Shown: in pieces, positions 31,025 through 41,611 of the stretch
Layout of the letters: each line of letters begins with the position of its first letter
How positions within the stretch are numbered: the first letter of the stretch is position 1
From: an uncultured delta proteobacterium
GTDB taxonomy: Bacteria > Desulfobacterota > Binatia > Binatales > Binataceae
Assembly (NCBI GenBank): GCA_963793115.1
Contig: CAWBYV010000013.1
Location: 82,611-146,610, forward strand
Length of the DNA: 64,000 bases
Direction of reading: 5' to 3'
Notes under the pieces: model-generated
Databases searched by the model: none
What the model saw: the letters and a program-made list of their open reading frames with translations, nothing else
What the model was told of the DNA's origin: nothing
Translations under genes and position numbers: made by a program

Positions 31025-31918
31025 TCACATCCGCGGCGGAATCAGGTCAACACCGAGCGTGTTCTTGAACACCTCGAACAGCTTGTCGATCTCCCACGGT
31101 CTGTCGCTCATCAGCACGCGCTCCGGAACGATATGCGAGTAGCGCGTGATTCGATATCCGGCGGCGCCAAAGACTTGGCCGTTCACGTATGCGGCCTCAT
31201 CGCTGGCCAGGAACACCACGATTGGCGCGATGTTGGCGGGATCGCGGGGCGTTCCTTCAGCGGTCTCGCTCGCCGGCAGTCCCGTAGCGCCCGGCATCCG
31301 GCCGGCTGGAATCGTGTCGGTCATTCGAGTCGCCGCGCCGGGCATGATGGCGTTGCACGTGATGTTGTACTTGGCGAGCGCGTTGGCCGAGCTGTAGGTC
31401 AGGCCGACGATTCCGGCCTTGGCCGCCGCATAGTTCGGCTGGCCGGGACTGCCCAGCGCCGACTGCGACGAGAAGTTGATGATCCGCCCGTACTTGCGCT
31501 CGCGCATGTGCGCCGATGCCGGCCGCATCGTGCAGTAATGTCCCTTCAGGTGGACGCGGATTACATCGTCCCAATCCTGCTCGCTCATGTTGAAGATCAT
31601 CCGGTCGCGCAGGATTCCCGCGACGTTCACCAGGATGTCGAGCTTGCCGAACTCCTTGATCGCCTGATTGACGAGATTCTCGCCACCGGCGACGTTTGAG
31701 ATATCGTCGCGATTGACGACCGCCTTGCCGCCTGCCGCCTTAATCTCGCGGACAACGTCGTCGGCGGGCGATGACTGCTCCTTTTCCCCGGCCACTGTTA
31801 CGCCAACGTCGTTGACCACTACCGCGGCACCTTGCGCGGCGAGCGCTTTTGCGACGCCACGGCCGATGCCGCGCCCGGCGCCCGTCACGACTGCTGATTT
31901 ACCGTCGAGCTTGCCCAT
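31025..31918 (-). CDS. SDR family oxidoreductase
   Basis: TGAGRGIG, VNVAGILRD, NFSS, YAAAK. Confidence 0.93.
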   Translation of the reverse strand: MGKLDGKSAVVTGAGRGIGRGVAKALAAQGAAVVVNDVGVTVAGEKEQSSPADDVVREIKAAGGKAVVNRDDISNVAGGENLVNQAIKEFGKLDILVNVAGILRDRMIFNMSEQDWDDVIRVHLKGHYCTMRPASAHMRERKYGRIINFSSQSALGSPGQPNYAAAKAGIVGLTYSSANALAKYNITCNAIMPGAATRMTDTIPAGRMPGATGLPASETAEGTPRDPANIAPIVVFLASDEAAYVNGQVFGAAGYRITRYSHIVPERVLMSDRPWEIDKLFEVFKNTLGVDLIPPRM

Positions 31919-32064
31919 AAGCTTCTCCCTTGCTGGATTCTCACTGCCAAAGTCGCGCGCGCGCGCCTCGTCTGCAATTACAAGTCTATCTCGATTGTTC
32001 TATTGCTCGATCGCCTTATAGCGCAATTCGCCGCGCCTGCGACAGCGGACCAAATCGGCCCCGA

Positions 32065-33080
32065 TCAGAAATCCGGGCGCGCAAGACTGAATTCCTTTAT
32101 CTTGCCCGCGGGAGTCATCCGCGCGATTATCCCCGCGCGCTCCGTGAACCAGATATTTCCGTCCGGGCCCGCCGTGATGAAAGCCGGCCTAACGCCGGGT
32201 GGCAGCTTCAGATCAGCGACGACGCCGCCGGCGTCACGCGGAAGATTTTACCGCCGCCGGCAGTGACCCAGAGATTGCCGTCGGGTCCCGAGGCGATGCG
32301 ATCGACGCTCGGAGCGTCGGGGATCGGAAACTCGCTGATGTCTCCCGCAGTCGTGATTCGTCCGATACGTTTGCCCTTGAATTCGGTGAACCACAGGTTT
32401 CCGTCGGGTCCCGCAGTGATTTCCTCGGGCTCCGAATTGGGCGTCGGCACGGTGAATTCCGAGATTCGGCCCTGCGTTGTGATACGCCCGATCCGAGTAC
32501 CGGCTTGCTCGGCGAACCAGAGATTCCCATCGGCCCCGGACCCGATCCCGGCCGGACGGCTGTCGGAGTTGGGTAGCGGGAACTCGGTGATCGATCCCGC
32601 CGGCGTCACGCGCCCGATCCGATTCATCTTGATCTCGGTGAACCACAGATTCCCGTCGGCGCCCGAGGCGATGCCGGCGGGTCCACTTTTTGGCGCCGAT
32701 AGCACGAACAGCGCGACAACCCCCTCCGGAGTGATCGAACCGATTCGGTTGCCGACCGGGTCCGTGAACCAGACTCGGCCGTCGGGACCCGAGGCGAGAC
32801 GCGTCACGAAGCATCGGGCGGGCAGCGGAAACTCCTTCAACTCGCCGGCAGTGGAGAAGCGTCCGATCCGGTTGCTGAAGGGCTCGCCGAACCAAAACTT
32901 GCCGTCGGGGCCCACGATCAGATCAAGCGGAGGATTGGGTTTAGACGGCGGCGCGAGCGCCCCGGCGGCGGCCTGCGAGTTCGCGCCCGGCGGCGCTTGC
33001 GTCGCGCACGCTCCGGCAAGCAGAGCCACCGCCAAGGAGACCGCAAGGACTCCGTTGCGAGACTTGTGCCGGCGTCTTAT
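32065..33080 (-). CDS. Virginiamycin B lyase (Vgb)-like beta-propeller lipoprotein (frameshift ~32230)
   Basis: Repeated GPDGNLWFTE...IGRIT blades. A further blade FITAGPDGNIWFTE continues in another frame to TGA 32065. Lipobox LAGAC. In-frame ATA at 33080 or TTG at 33035. Confidence 0.8.
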
Positions 33081-34234
33081 CTAACGACCTGCTCGGCGCG
33101 CAGGCCCGCGATCTCCGCGCTGGAGAAGCCGCAGTCCGCCAGAATCTGGTCGGTATTTTCACCGAGCTCCGGCGCGTGCCGCCAGAGCTCGGGCGCGGCC
33201 GCGGAGAAGCGCGCGGGAGACCGCACGGCGCGCACCCGCCCGGCCTTGGGATGCTCGTACTCGAAGAAAGTCTGGTTGGCCGCGAACTGGGGATCGCTCC
33301 AGATCGTGTCGTAATCATTGATCGGCGCGCACGGCACGTCAGCCGCCTCGATCAGCTCGAGCCAATGGGCCGACGACTTGCTCGGAAAAAGCTCGATCAG
33401 TCCCTTGATTCCGCGCCGGAGCCGCTCGTTGCGCGGCTCGTTGCCCTCGAACCACTCGGGATGGCCGGCGGCTGCGAACAGCCGCTGCCACTGATCGTCC
33501 CGCATCGCGGCGATCGTGATGAATCCGTCTGCGGTCTGGAACGGTTCGAGCGTGCCCATCGAGGACAGTGTGCCAGGCTTGTCGGGCAGGAAGGTCCGGT
33601 TCGCCATCGTGTCGGGCATCAGGAAATACGCCACCGCGTCCATCATCGCGATTTCGATATGCTGCCCCGCGCCGCCGCTTCTGGCGGCAATCAGCGCAGC
33701 CGTGATTGAGAACGCCGCCGTCATCGAGGTCACCTTGTCGGCGATTATATTCTTGACCGCGCGGGGACGGCCCTGCGTCCGTTGCGACGCCATCACGCCC
33801 GCCAACCCCTGGATGATCGGATCGTAGGCCGGCTTGTTCGCGTACGGACCGGTGAAGCCATATCCGGCGATCGAGCAATAGACCAGCTTCCGGTTGCGCG
33901 CGCTGGTAGCCGCATAGCCGACGCCGAGCTTGTCAACTACTCCGGGGCGGAAATTCTGCACGACCGCGTCCGACCGCTCGGCCATCCTGAGAAACACTTC
34001 ACTGGCGCCGGGGCGTTTGAGGTCGAGCAGGATCGCGCGCTTGTTACGATTGAAGTTGATTACCGAGACGCCGACGCCGTTGCGGGAATCGGCGGTAACG
34101 TAGCGCGACGCGTCGCCTTCGGGCGGCTCGATCTTGATGACATCGGCGCCGAGGTCGCCGAGCATCATGGTGCAGAACGGCCCGGATACCACGAGGCTCA
34201 AATCGAGCACGCGGATTCCTTTGAGTGGTCCCAT
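33077..34234 (-). CDS. CaiB/BaiF family CoA transferase
   Basis: LKGIRVLDLS, GPFCTMMLGDLGADVIKIEPP, NRNKR, NFRPG, GYG..GPY...AYD. Start at ATG 34234. Confidence 0.93.
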   Translation of the reverse strand: MGPLKGIRVLDLSLVVSGPFCTMMLGDLGADVIKIEPPEGDASRYVTADSRNGVGVSVINFNRNKRAILLDLKRPGASEVFLRMAERSDAVVQNFRPGVVDKLGVGYAATSARNRKLVYCSIAGYGFTGPYANKPAYDPIIQGLAGVMASQRTQGRPRAVKNIIADKVTSMTAAFSITAALIAARSGGAGQHIEIAMMDAVAYFLMPDTMANRTFLPDKPGTLSSMGTLEPFQTADGFITIAAMRDDQWQRLFAAAGHPEWFEGNEPRNERLRRGIKGLIELFPSKSSAHWLELIEAADVPCAPINDYDTIWSDPQFAANQTFFEYEHPKAGRVRAVRSPARFSAAAPELWRHAPELGENTDQILADCGFSSAEIAGLRAEQVVR

Positions 34235-34429
34235 AACGATGTGCTTATAGCGCAGAAGCGCCGCCCGGGGACAGACTCGGCTGCTACCGCGCGCCGACTG
34301 GCCGAGCGTCTGCCCTTTGAAGCAAACGTCGTAATCGGTGGGAATGAGAGCGCGCGCGGATTGCTTCATCCGCGAATGGAGAGTCTCGCTGACGTTTTCA
34401 GCCGGGACCGGCCGCGCCTTTCACCACGA

Positions 34430-35776
34430 CTAAGGCGTTCCGCACAGCGTGCCGTTGATATCGCATTGCGGAGTGATCGCAAGATCGCGCTGCTGCTGAT
34501 TAAACGAGGCGATCGCCTTGTTGGTTTCCCGGTCTGGCGTGCAGCCGCATAGCTGGCTTGCGCAACAACTGCATTGCGCCGCCTCTTCGGCTTTGACGAT
34601 CTCCGAAAGCTCGCACTTCGGCAGCGCAGAGCAGGCGGGCCCCAACAGGTCGCGGTCGCTGCATTCGTCGGTGCATAAGGTCGCATCGCACGTAAAGCCC
34701 GCTTGCACTCCTTTGTCGCCGCAGGTGCCATACTCCTTGCACACTTTTTGGCAGTCCACGCCGCTATCCGGAGGCAAAACGGTGCTTCCCGACTTGTACA
34801 ACGGGCAGCCATAGCCGCCCGGAGCATCCGGCACGCAAGCTCCCGGGCTGGGGACCGATGCCGCATCCGCGCGCATCGCGGCAGATGGGGAAGCCGTCGG
34901 CGCCAGCGTTGCCGGCGGAGCGTATGCGGCGGACCACGTCAGTCCATCTGCCAGCGTACAAGCCTGATCGTTCTGCCCAACCTGATACGGACCGTTGAAA
35001 GTCGGACACGAGCATTGAACGATTCCCGGCTGATTGGTCGCGGAACAAGGAGCGGTCATGCATCCGGCATATGGCGCGGTCGTGCAATTCGTCTGGCCGA
35101 TTCCGTTGGTCGAAATGCAGTCGAAGCTGAAGGTCGAGAACATCTTCGCGCCCGGAATCAAATTTCCCTGATTAACCGACTGACACACCGGAGCCGAGTT
35201 GACCGCCGCGCACTTGCTGCCATCGCTTCCGCATTGAGCAATTGTATCCTGGTAGACTGAGTAGTTCAGGATTGCATTGATATCGACAAAGTACACACCA
35301 TACGGGATATCATAGCATAGGCAGTTGGCGTACTCGCCGTCCGGCGTCAAGGTACACGACAAGTCCTGTGGCCCGGAGTTGGGGCCTGAGTAATAGCAGA
35401 GCGCATACGGGCCCCCGCGGCACGGCACAAAGTTGCTCGGCGCGAGCAGGATGTTGGCGTAGGCGGGGCCGTATTCCGTCGTCCAGTTTTCGGGCTTGCT
35501 CCAGAACGCATGCGAATTGGGAAGAAAGTGAACGAACGAAGCCGTCTCCGGGGACCCGGCTTTGTTTCCGCTGTTGTCTCCGCCGCAACTCGCTGCGAAC
35601 AGCACGGCCACGATCAGAAAAAGCAGCTTTAACTCAACCGAGCGGACGCCCAATCTTCGTTCCCAGCCCGAATGGCCAGAGATGGCGCTCAACTTCCCCC
35701 GAAGCGCGGACCAATTGATCATAGTCACGGTATGAGTCCTCGCGTGGCATCGGAGCAATTTCCGCTCCAACCCCAC
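34430..35776 (-). CDS. Cysteine-rich lipoprotein, unknown function
   Basis: Lipobox FAASC followed by about 32 Cys in two domains joined by an Ala/Pro linker. True start probably downstream of 35776. Confidence 0.7.
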   Translation of the reverse strand: MGLERKLLRCHARTHTVTMINWSALRGKLSAISGHSGWERRLGVRSVELKLLFLIVAVLFAASCGGDNSGNKAGSPETASFVHFLPNSHAFWSKPENWTTEYGPAYANILLAPSNFVPCRGGPYALCYYSGPNSGPQDLSCTLTPDGEYANCLCYDIPYGVYFVDINAILNYSVYQDTIAQCGSDGSKCAAVNSAPVCQSVNQGNLIPGAKMFSTFSFDCISTNGIGQTNCTTAPYAGCMTAPCSATNQPGIVQCSCPTFNGPYQVGQNDQACTLADGLTWSAAYAPPATLAPTASPSAAMRADAASVPSPGACVPDAPGGYGCPLYKSGSTVLPPDSGVDCQKVCKEYGTCGDKGVQAGFTCDATLCTDECSDRDLLGPACSALPKCELSEIVKAEEAAQCSCCASQLCGCTPDRETNKAIASFNQQQRDLAITPQCDINGTLCGTP

Positions 35777-36210
35777 CGAGTGACCCCCAACGCCGATACC
35801 GGGCCGGATCGCAATCTAACCAGACATGCGTATTGCCACGGATGCATTACTACCGCATAGTCAGCACGCACTCGACATCGCTTAGTCACTCATGCACCAC
35901 ACTAACTAACGCCGGTCTTGATTGTTCTGAAATTCCTGGGCATCGCTTCCGAGCAGCATTGACGGGTACAGTCTGGCCGATCCGGATTCGGCGGATCGAA
36001 CCGAATGATACATGTCGCAATTTAATGCAGCGATTGCGATATGTACGCGCGGCCCGCAACACGCGGATAGTAGGCTGGCCGGCGCCCGAATTGTCAGAGA
36101 CATTAGGCACCCGCCATCGGGTGTGCGCATTTCGGTGATAGGCTGTGCCGACCGCTTGGGACCGGAGCCGCAGTAGCGCACAACCGCCGATCGAGGACAC
36201 CGGGCGCGGG

Positions 36211-37758
36211 CTACGGCTTGAATCGCCCGGTGCCGACGGCGATCGCTTTGAGCCGCTCGATGCGGCCCCGGATGGCGGGGCAGGCGTCGAACGGCTTTAA
36301 GTTGAACGGCAGCCGGTAGCTCCAGTTGCGGCCGCCGACTGTGCCGGGCAAATTGATCCGCGTGCTCCATCCGAAAAGATCCTGCACCGGCACGAGCGCC
36401 AGAACCGAAGGCGCGGCGTAGATCGCCCGCAAGATTGCGTCGAGAGTCGCCGCCGACAGCGTGCGGCGGCCGGGATTGGCCTCGGCAATCCCGAGCGCTT
36501 CGCAGACCGAGCGCCGTTCGTCCTCGGAAGCTTCGTGCCACCACGCGGCCAGCGTGTCGGTATCGTGCGTGCCGGTGGTCGCGACCGACAGACTCCGGAT
36601 ACGCCGACGGCGCCACGAACCGCTCTTCGGGAGTGTTCCAGTTTTCCTTCTCCCATCGAAAGACCTTGTACCCCGGCAGACCCAGCGCGGCGAGCGACTC
36701 GCGCACCCACGGCGGTATCGAGCCGAGATCTTCGGCGATAATCGCCGACTCGCCCGCTTCCTCCTTTATCGCGCGGATCACTTCCTCGCCCTGCCGGCGC
36801 TGCGCGCCCTCATCGGCAGGAAAGTACGCGCCCGGCTCGTCGCGATTGGGCCCGAACGAGAATGTGCGGTAAAGCCCGACCACGTGATCGACGCGAAAGA
36901 GATCGTACAACCCGGCGGCGTGGCGCGCGCGCATCCGCCACCATCGATGGCCCTCGTGCTCCATCCGATCCCAGTTCGGCATCGGCAGGCCCCATCGCTG
37001 GCCCTCGGCGGCGAATGCGTCGGGCGGCGTGCCGACGGTGCGGTCGAGGATGAACAGCTCCTGATGGGCCCACACGTCGGCGCTGTCCTGCGCGGGCGAA
37101 AAACTCAAGTCGCCGCCGAGCATCGCGCCGCGCGCGGCCGCCTCCCGCCGGATCGCCGACCATTGACGATGCGCGATGAACTGAAAGTAGCAGAACTTGT
37201 CAATCAGTTCGCTGCAGCTCGCGCCGCGCCGGGTCGAGCGCGGCGGGGTCGCGCCGCTTGAGGCCCTCGGGCCAGGTTTCCCAGCTTGCGAAATCGAACC
37301 GGTCTTTCAGCGCGCGAAACAGCGCATAGTCGTGGAGCCAGTCGCGGTTGCGCTCGGCGAACGCCTCGACCTCGGCGCGATCTTCGGCGCTCGCGCTGGA
37401 TCGAAACCATCGGAAGGCCCGATCGAGCAGCGCGAGTTTCGCGGCATGAAGCCTGGCACGCGGCATTCGCCCGCGGCGAGCGGCCGCGCGCGCGGCATCG
37501 AGCGCGGCTGCGTCAACGCCTTCCAGCGCGGCGGCCGCGATGTAGACGGGGTCGATCGCGAACAGCGAGAGCGCGCTGTAAGGACTCGCTTCCGAGGGCG
37601 CGGTCTCGTTGATCGGCAGGAGCTGGATTACGCGATGAGCCATCGCAAGAGCGAAGTCCATCATCGCGGACAGAGCGGGAATCTCGCCGCATCCGGGATC
37701 GTCGGCGGTGCGGATCGAGAAGAGCGGGATCGGAAACGCAGGCGGATCTTTTCAGCAT
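36211..37758 (-). CDS. malQ: 4-alpha-glucanotransferase (GH77), multiply frameshifted
   Basis: IQLLPINET...SPYSALS, WLHDYALFRALK, GQRWGLP, FRVDHVVG, AEDLG, QDLFG...INLPGT..NW.YR. Confidence 0.88.
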
Positions 37759-37871
37759 CGGCGCGTTCGACTTTGGGCTCGACTTTGGACGATCAAGCGC
37801 ACCCGGGCCGCGCGCTCAGACTTCCAGGCGCGCGTCGAGCCGGTCGAAGCGGAGGTCCATCGCCGGCTCTC

Positions 37872-38633
37872 CTACATCACCCAGCCGCCGTTGGGGCTCA
37901 CGACTTGGCCGACCATGAACGACGAATCGTCGCAGGCCAGAAACAGCGCCGCAGCGGCGATCTCGCGCGGCTCGCCCCACCGCCCGATCGGGGTCTGCGC
38001 AGCTATCGTGTCGCGCATGGCCGCCAATGGCGCGTTCATGGGCGTATCGATAAATCCGGGCGCGATGCAGTTGACCAGGATGCCCTGCCCCACAACCTCG
38101 CGCGCGACCGACTTGGTGAACGAGATTATTCCGCCCTTCGCGGCGCAGTAAGCCGGCGCAAAGGCCAGCCCGGCCGTCCCGGCAATCGAGCCCAGGTTGA
38201 TGATTCGGCCGGACCGTTTGGGGATCATCACCTTGAGCGCTTCGCGCGTGCAGTAGAAAGTCGAATCGAGATGAGTGGCGAGCAGCTCGTGCCATTGGTC
38301 GTCGCTTACGTCCTGCGTGCCGGTGCTGCCGAACTCGCCGGCGCCGCGCGCCCGCGCAATTCCGGCGTTGTTGATCAGCACGTCGATCGTGCTGAAGGCC
38401 GAGATAAACTCGGCGAACATTTTTCTCACCGCGGCGCTGCTCGAAACGTCGGCCACCAGCACGACGGCGCGCGCGCCCGCGCGCGTCAGCTCGGTGGTGA
38501 CGTTGTGCGCGGATTCGGGCCGGATGTCGTTCACACCGATCATCGCGCCTTCGCGCGCGAACGTCAGCGCCATCTCGCGCCCCAGGCCCGAGCCGGCGCC
38601 GGTGATCAGGATTGCCTTGTCTTTGAGTTTCAT
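37872..38633 (-). CDS. SDR family oxidoreductase (FabG-like)
   Basis: TGAGSGLG, NNAG, YCAAK, IAPGFIDT. Start at ATG 38633. Confidence 0.92.
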   Translation of the reverse strand: MKLKDKAILITGAGSGLGREMALTFAREGAMIGVNDIRPESAHNVTTELTRAGARAVVLVADVSSSAAVRKMFAEFISAFSTIDVLINNAGIARARGAGEFGSTGTQDVSDDQWHELLATHLDSTFYCTREALKVMIPKRSGRIINLGSIAGTAGLAFAPAYCAAKGGIISFTKSVAREVVGQGILVNCIAPGFIDTPMNAPLAAMRDTIAAQTPIGRWGEPREIAAAALFLACDDSSFMVGQVVSPNGGWVM

Positions 38634-38646
38634 ACGCGACCCCGCG

Positions 38647-38687
38647 CTCACCCTCACCCTAACCCTCTTCCTGGTCAGGGAGAGGGG
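38647..38687. repeat. REP-like palindromic unit CCCTCACCCTAACCCTCTTCC-N-GGGAGAGGG
   Basis: Intergenic; same family as 46634 and 11842. Confidence 0.75.
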
Positions 38688-38766
38688 ATCAGAAGGTTAG
38701 TCGGAAATTGATTGTGCGGAGTCTCCCCGAAGGACGCGACAGTCGCCCGCGAGCGCAGAAGACCCG

Positions 38767-39105
38767 TCACTTCTTGCCCTCTTTGAGTTGGCGTTTCCAA
38801 TCGAGGCGGCGGGCCTCGGCGCCGGCTTCCTCGGCTTCCTTTATCATCCCCTTTTTCTGGTAGAACATGCTCAGGTTGGTGAACGCCAGGATATCCTCGG
38901 GTTGCTTTTCGATATAACGCTTGGTCAACTCGATCGCCGCGTCGAGATCGCCCTTGGCCTGGTAACACATTATCAGGCCGTGGATCGCGTCGCCGTATCC
39001 CGCATCGATCTCGATCGCCTGCTTGTAGAGCGCGATCGCCGCGTCGAACTTCTCGTCGGCGTAGGCGTCCACCGCCTGGTCGTAAAGTTCTTCCGGGTCA
39101 GCCAT
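38767..39105 (-). CDS. Tetratricopeptide repeat protein
   Basis: AIALYKQAIEIDAGYGDA...GDLDAAIE...PED..AFTNL TPR pattern. Confidence 0.88.
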   Translation of the reverse strand: MADPEELYDQAVDAYADEKFDAAIALYKQAIEIDAGYGDAIHGLIMCYQAKGDLDAAIELTKRYIEKQPEDILAFTNLSMFYQKKGMIKEAEEAGAEARRLDWKRQLKEGKK

Positions 39106-39235
39106 CTGGATCTCCCGCGTCGATTCTCCCGCGCCACCGCCCGACCGGCGGATCGCAACTATCGCGCCTCACTCATATATACTACAGGATCGAAGCTCAG
39201 GAATTCGCCGGCAATTCCCCGCGGATAATTTTACA

Positions 39236-39535
39236 ATGGACGAACAGGAAGTCTACGAAGTCTTGCGCGAGTGCTACGACCCGGAGATGCCGGTCAACAT
39301 CGTGGACTTGGGACTGGTCTACGGCGTTACCTTGGAGAACGGCGTGGTGAACGTTCTGATGACGCTGACGGCGCCCGGATGCCACATGGGCGCCATGATC
39401 ACGCAGGACATCACCGACAAGCTGCTGGGTATCCCCGGATGCGAGGACGCACGCGTCGAGCTGGTGTGGGACCCTCCCTGGACGCCGCACCTGATGAGCG
39501 ACGCGGCGAAGAAAAAGCTCGGGATCGATACCTGA
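39236..39535 (+). CDS. Metal-sulfur cluster assembly factor (DUF59/SufT/PaaD-like)
   Basis: DPEMPVNIVDLGLVY, TLTAPGC, LVWDPPWT. Confidence 0.93.
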   Translation: MDEQEVYEVLRECYDPEMPVNIVDLGLVYGVTLENGVVNVLMTLTAPGCHMGAMITQDITDKLLGIPGCEDARVELVWDPPWTPHLMSDAAKKKLGIDT

Positions 39536-39559
39536 CCCTTCGTTAGATCAGGACCTGCA

Positions 39560-41062
39560 CTACATCGCGCCCGATGCGGCCGGCGAGGCCTCGACGGTGC
39601 GCGTCGCGCGGAACTTGCGGCGCCGGATCGCGCGCGCCTTCAACTCGACGTGGTAGAGGTCGCCGAACGGGGAAATCGCAGGCTTGCGTTCGGCGGCAAG
39701 CACGTGTCGGGTGCCCAGGTCGGGGAGCTTCGCCAGCAGGGTCTGGTACTGCCGCTTAATCTGATCGAACACGCCCCGCATGCGAGGTGATACCTGGTGA
39801 TTCTCGCCGAGCTTCTGGCTCAACGGGTTGACGTAGCGCCCCTCGTGGACAAGCCCGAAATGAAGGTGCGGGCCCGTCGAGAGGCCGGTCGAGCCGACCC
39901 ATCCGATTACCTGTCCCACCTTCACATACTTTCCGGTCTTCGCATCAGGACTGATACGGCTTAGATGGCCGTAGATGCTGACCATGTCGTGCTCGTGTGC
40001 GAGGCGCACGCAGTTGCCCAGCTCTCCAGCCCATTCGGATGATAAAACCCTGCCGTCGGCTATCGCCTTGACGGGGGTGCCATACTTCGCGACCAGGTCG
40101 ATTCCCACGTGCGGACGATAACGATGGAGAATCGGATGGTAGCGGGCGGTCGCAAATCCCGAAGAGATGTACTCAAACGGTAACGGGAAGCGCAGAGTCT
40201 GAGGGCCCATCGCTCTGCCCTGCTCGTCGTACAGATGCTCCGTTCCGTGCTCGTCGCGAAACGCGAAGGCGTGCAGCGTGTGGCCGCCGGCCTTGACCTG
40301 CGCCGCCTCCAGGTCGCCCGGCATCCGGTGTGTCCCGTCACGGCTGATTGATTCACTGTAGATTAGCTTCACACCCGCGCCGGGAGGCAGATTCTCAAGC
40401 GGATGCTTGTCGGTGAAGGCGTCCACCAGCGAATCGACCACCGGCTTCGGGATGGCGTGGCGGGCGATTTCCCGCTCAAAGCTGTCGCGAATAGAGAATG
40501 TGACGCTGACCGGCTTGACCACGTACTGGATCGGTCTCTGGCCGACCAGAACCACACCGTTGTCGTAGCCCTGCTCGGCTACGGTCCATTTATCGTCAAG
40601 GTCGTATCTAAAGCCCCGCAAGTCGCCCGTATCGGGGTCTTTGTACAGGCTCATCTGATGGCCGTTGGCAAGCATCCGGGTGTGCGCCGCCCGCTCGAAC
40701 AAGTCGGCCCATCGGTCAGCCCGGCGGCTATCAAGGCCGACTTCTTCAAGGAAGCGGCTCAGACGGACTGACCGATCAAGCCCAAAGCGAATTATGATCG
40801 GGCCGGGAGCGGGTTCGGCGGATTCCTCGAGGTCGGCCTCCGGGAGGTCGGCAAGGTCGGCGCCCGCGTCCTGGTTGGAGTTGGAATAGTCCTGAAAGGT
40901 AGCGTCGGAGGGGTCAGGGGTGGCGGAATCGGTGGCCCCAATCCGTTCTTGCGCCGCCCGAACGAACAGCCGCAGCGCGCCGCCCGTAGCCACCAGGGCA
41001 ACGACCACTGCCACGACCACCCACGAATAGGCAGGGCCGCTGCTCGTCTTCCGCACATGCAT
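39560..41062 (-). CDS. M23 family metallopeptidase (MepM-like)
   Basis: RPHVGIDL, YGHLS, GSTGLSTGPHLHF; N-terminal TM helix. Confidence 0.93.
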   Translation of the reverse strand: MHVRKTSSGPAYSWVVVAVVVALVATGGALRLFVRAAQERIGATDSATPDPSDATFQDYSNSNQDAGADLADLPEADLEESAEPAPGPIIIRFGLDRSVRLSRFLEEVGLDSRRADRWADLFERAAHTRMLANGHQMSLYKDPDTGDLRGFRYDLDDKWTVAEQGYDNGVVLVGQRPIQYVVKPVSVTFSIRDSFEREIARHAIPKPVVDSLVDAFTDKHPLENLPPGAGVKLIYSESISRDGTHRMPGDLEAAQVKAGGHTLHAFAFRDEHGTEHLYDEQGRAMGPQTLRFPLPFEYISSGFATARYHPILHRYRPHVGIDLVAKYGTPVKAIADGRVLSSEWAGELGNCVRLAHEHDMVSIYGHLSRISPDAKTGKYVKVGQVIGWVGSTGLSTGPHLHFGLVHEGRYVNPLSQKLGENHQVSPRMRGVFDQIKRQYQTLLAKLPDLGTRHVLAAERKPAISPFGDLYHVELKARAIRRRKFRATRTVEASPAASGAM

Positions 41063-41166
41063 CGAAGGTCAAACCTAAACGATCATACTGCCGAAATCAA
41101 CTCCTGACCGCAGGGCAAAATTCGGTCCGTCCTTGATTTCCATGTCCTGTAGTATCAGTCTAGCTA

Positions 41167-41598
41167 ATGAGTCAAATGGCGATTGCAGCTCTGGATGTGG
41201 GATGGCGGCGGATCGGCGTCGCAATAGCCGAGGATGCCGGAAGCTCCGCGGCCTATCCGATCGGAGCCATAGCACGCCGCTCGCTCGCCAAGGATTTCGA
41301 GGCCATCGGAACCCTCCTTCGCTCCCGCGACGTGAAGCGGATCGTGGTGGGACTGCCGCTGAACATGGACGGTAGCGTCGGGCCGCAGGCTCGGGCCGCC
41401 CAGGATTTCGCCCGGCGTCTGGAAGCCGCGATCGGCCTTCCGGTCTCGCTCTACGACGAGCGCCTGAGCAGCTTCGAGGCCGAAGAGCGGCTGAGAGAAT
41501 CGTCGCGCAAGACCCGACATCGCAAGACCGCCATCGACGCGGTCGCGGCGGCGGTTATTCTGGAAGGATGGCTCCAGGCCTCGCGCCCCTCGGGATGA
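41167..41598 (+). CDS. ruvX: YqgF/RuvX resolvase-like nuclease
   Basis: ALDVG..RIGVA, VVGLPLNMDGS, DERLSS, IDAVAAAVIL. Confidence 0.93.
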   Translation: MSQMAIAALDVGWRRIGVAIAEDAGSSAAYPIGAIARRSLAKDFEAIGTLLRSRDVKRIVVGLPLNMDGSVGPQARAAQDFARRLEAAIGLPVSLYDERLSSFEAEERLRESSRKTRHRKTAIDAVAAAVILEGWLQASRPSG

Positions 41599-41611
41599 CT
41601 CGTGCCCCGCT

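Noticed and set aside
37197-38711. Long antisense ORFs (also 14526-15476, 26464-27639, 41555-42826, 49887-51068, 54110-55489)
   Set aside because: Shadow ORFs opposite well-supported genes, expected in high-GC DNA, with no recognisable motifs.
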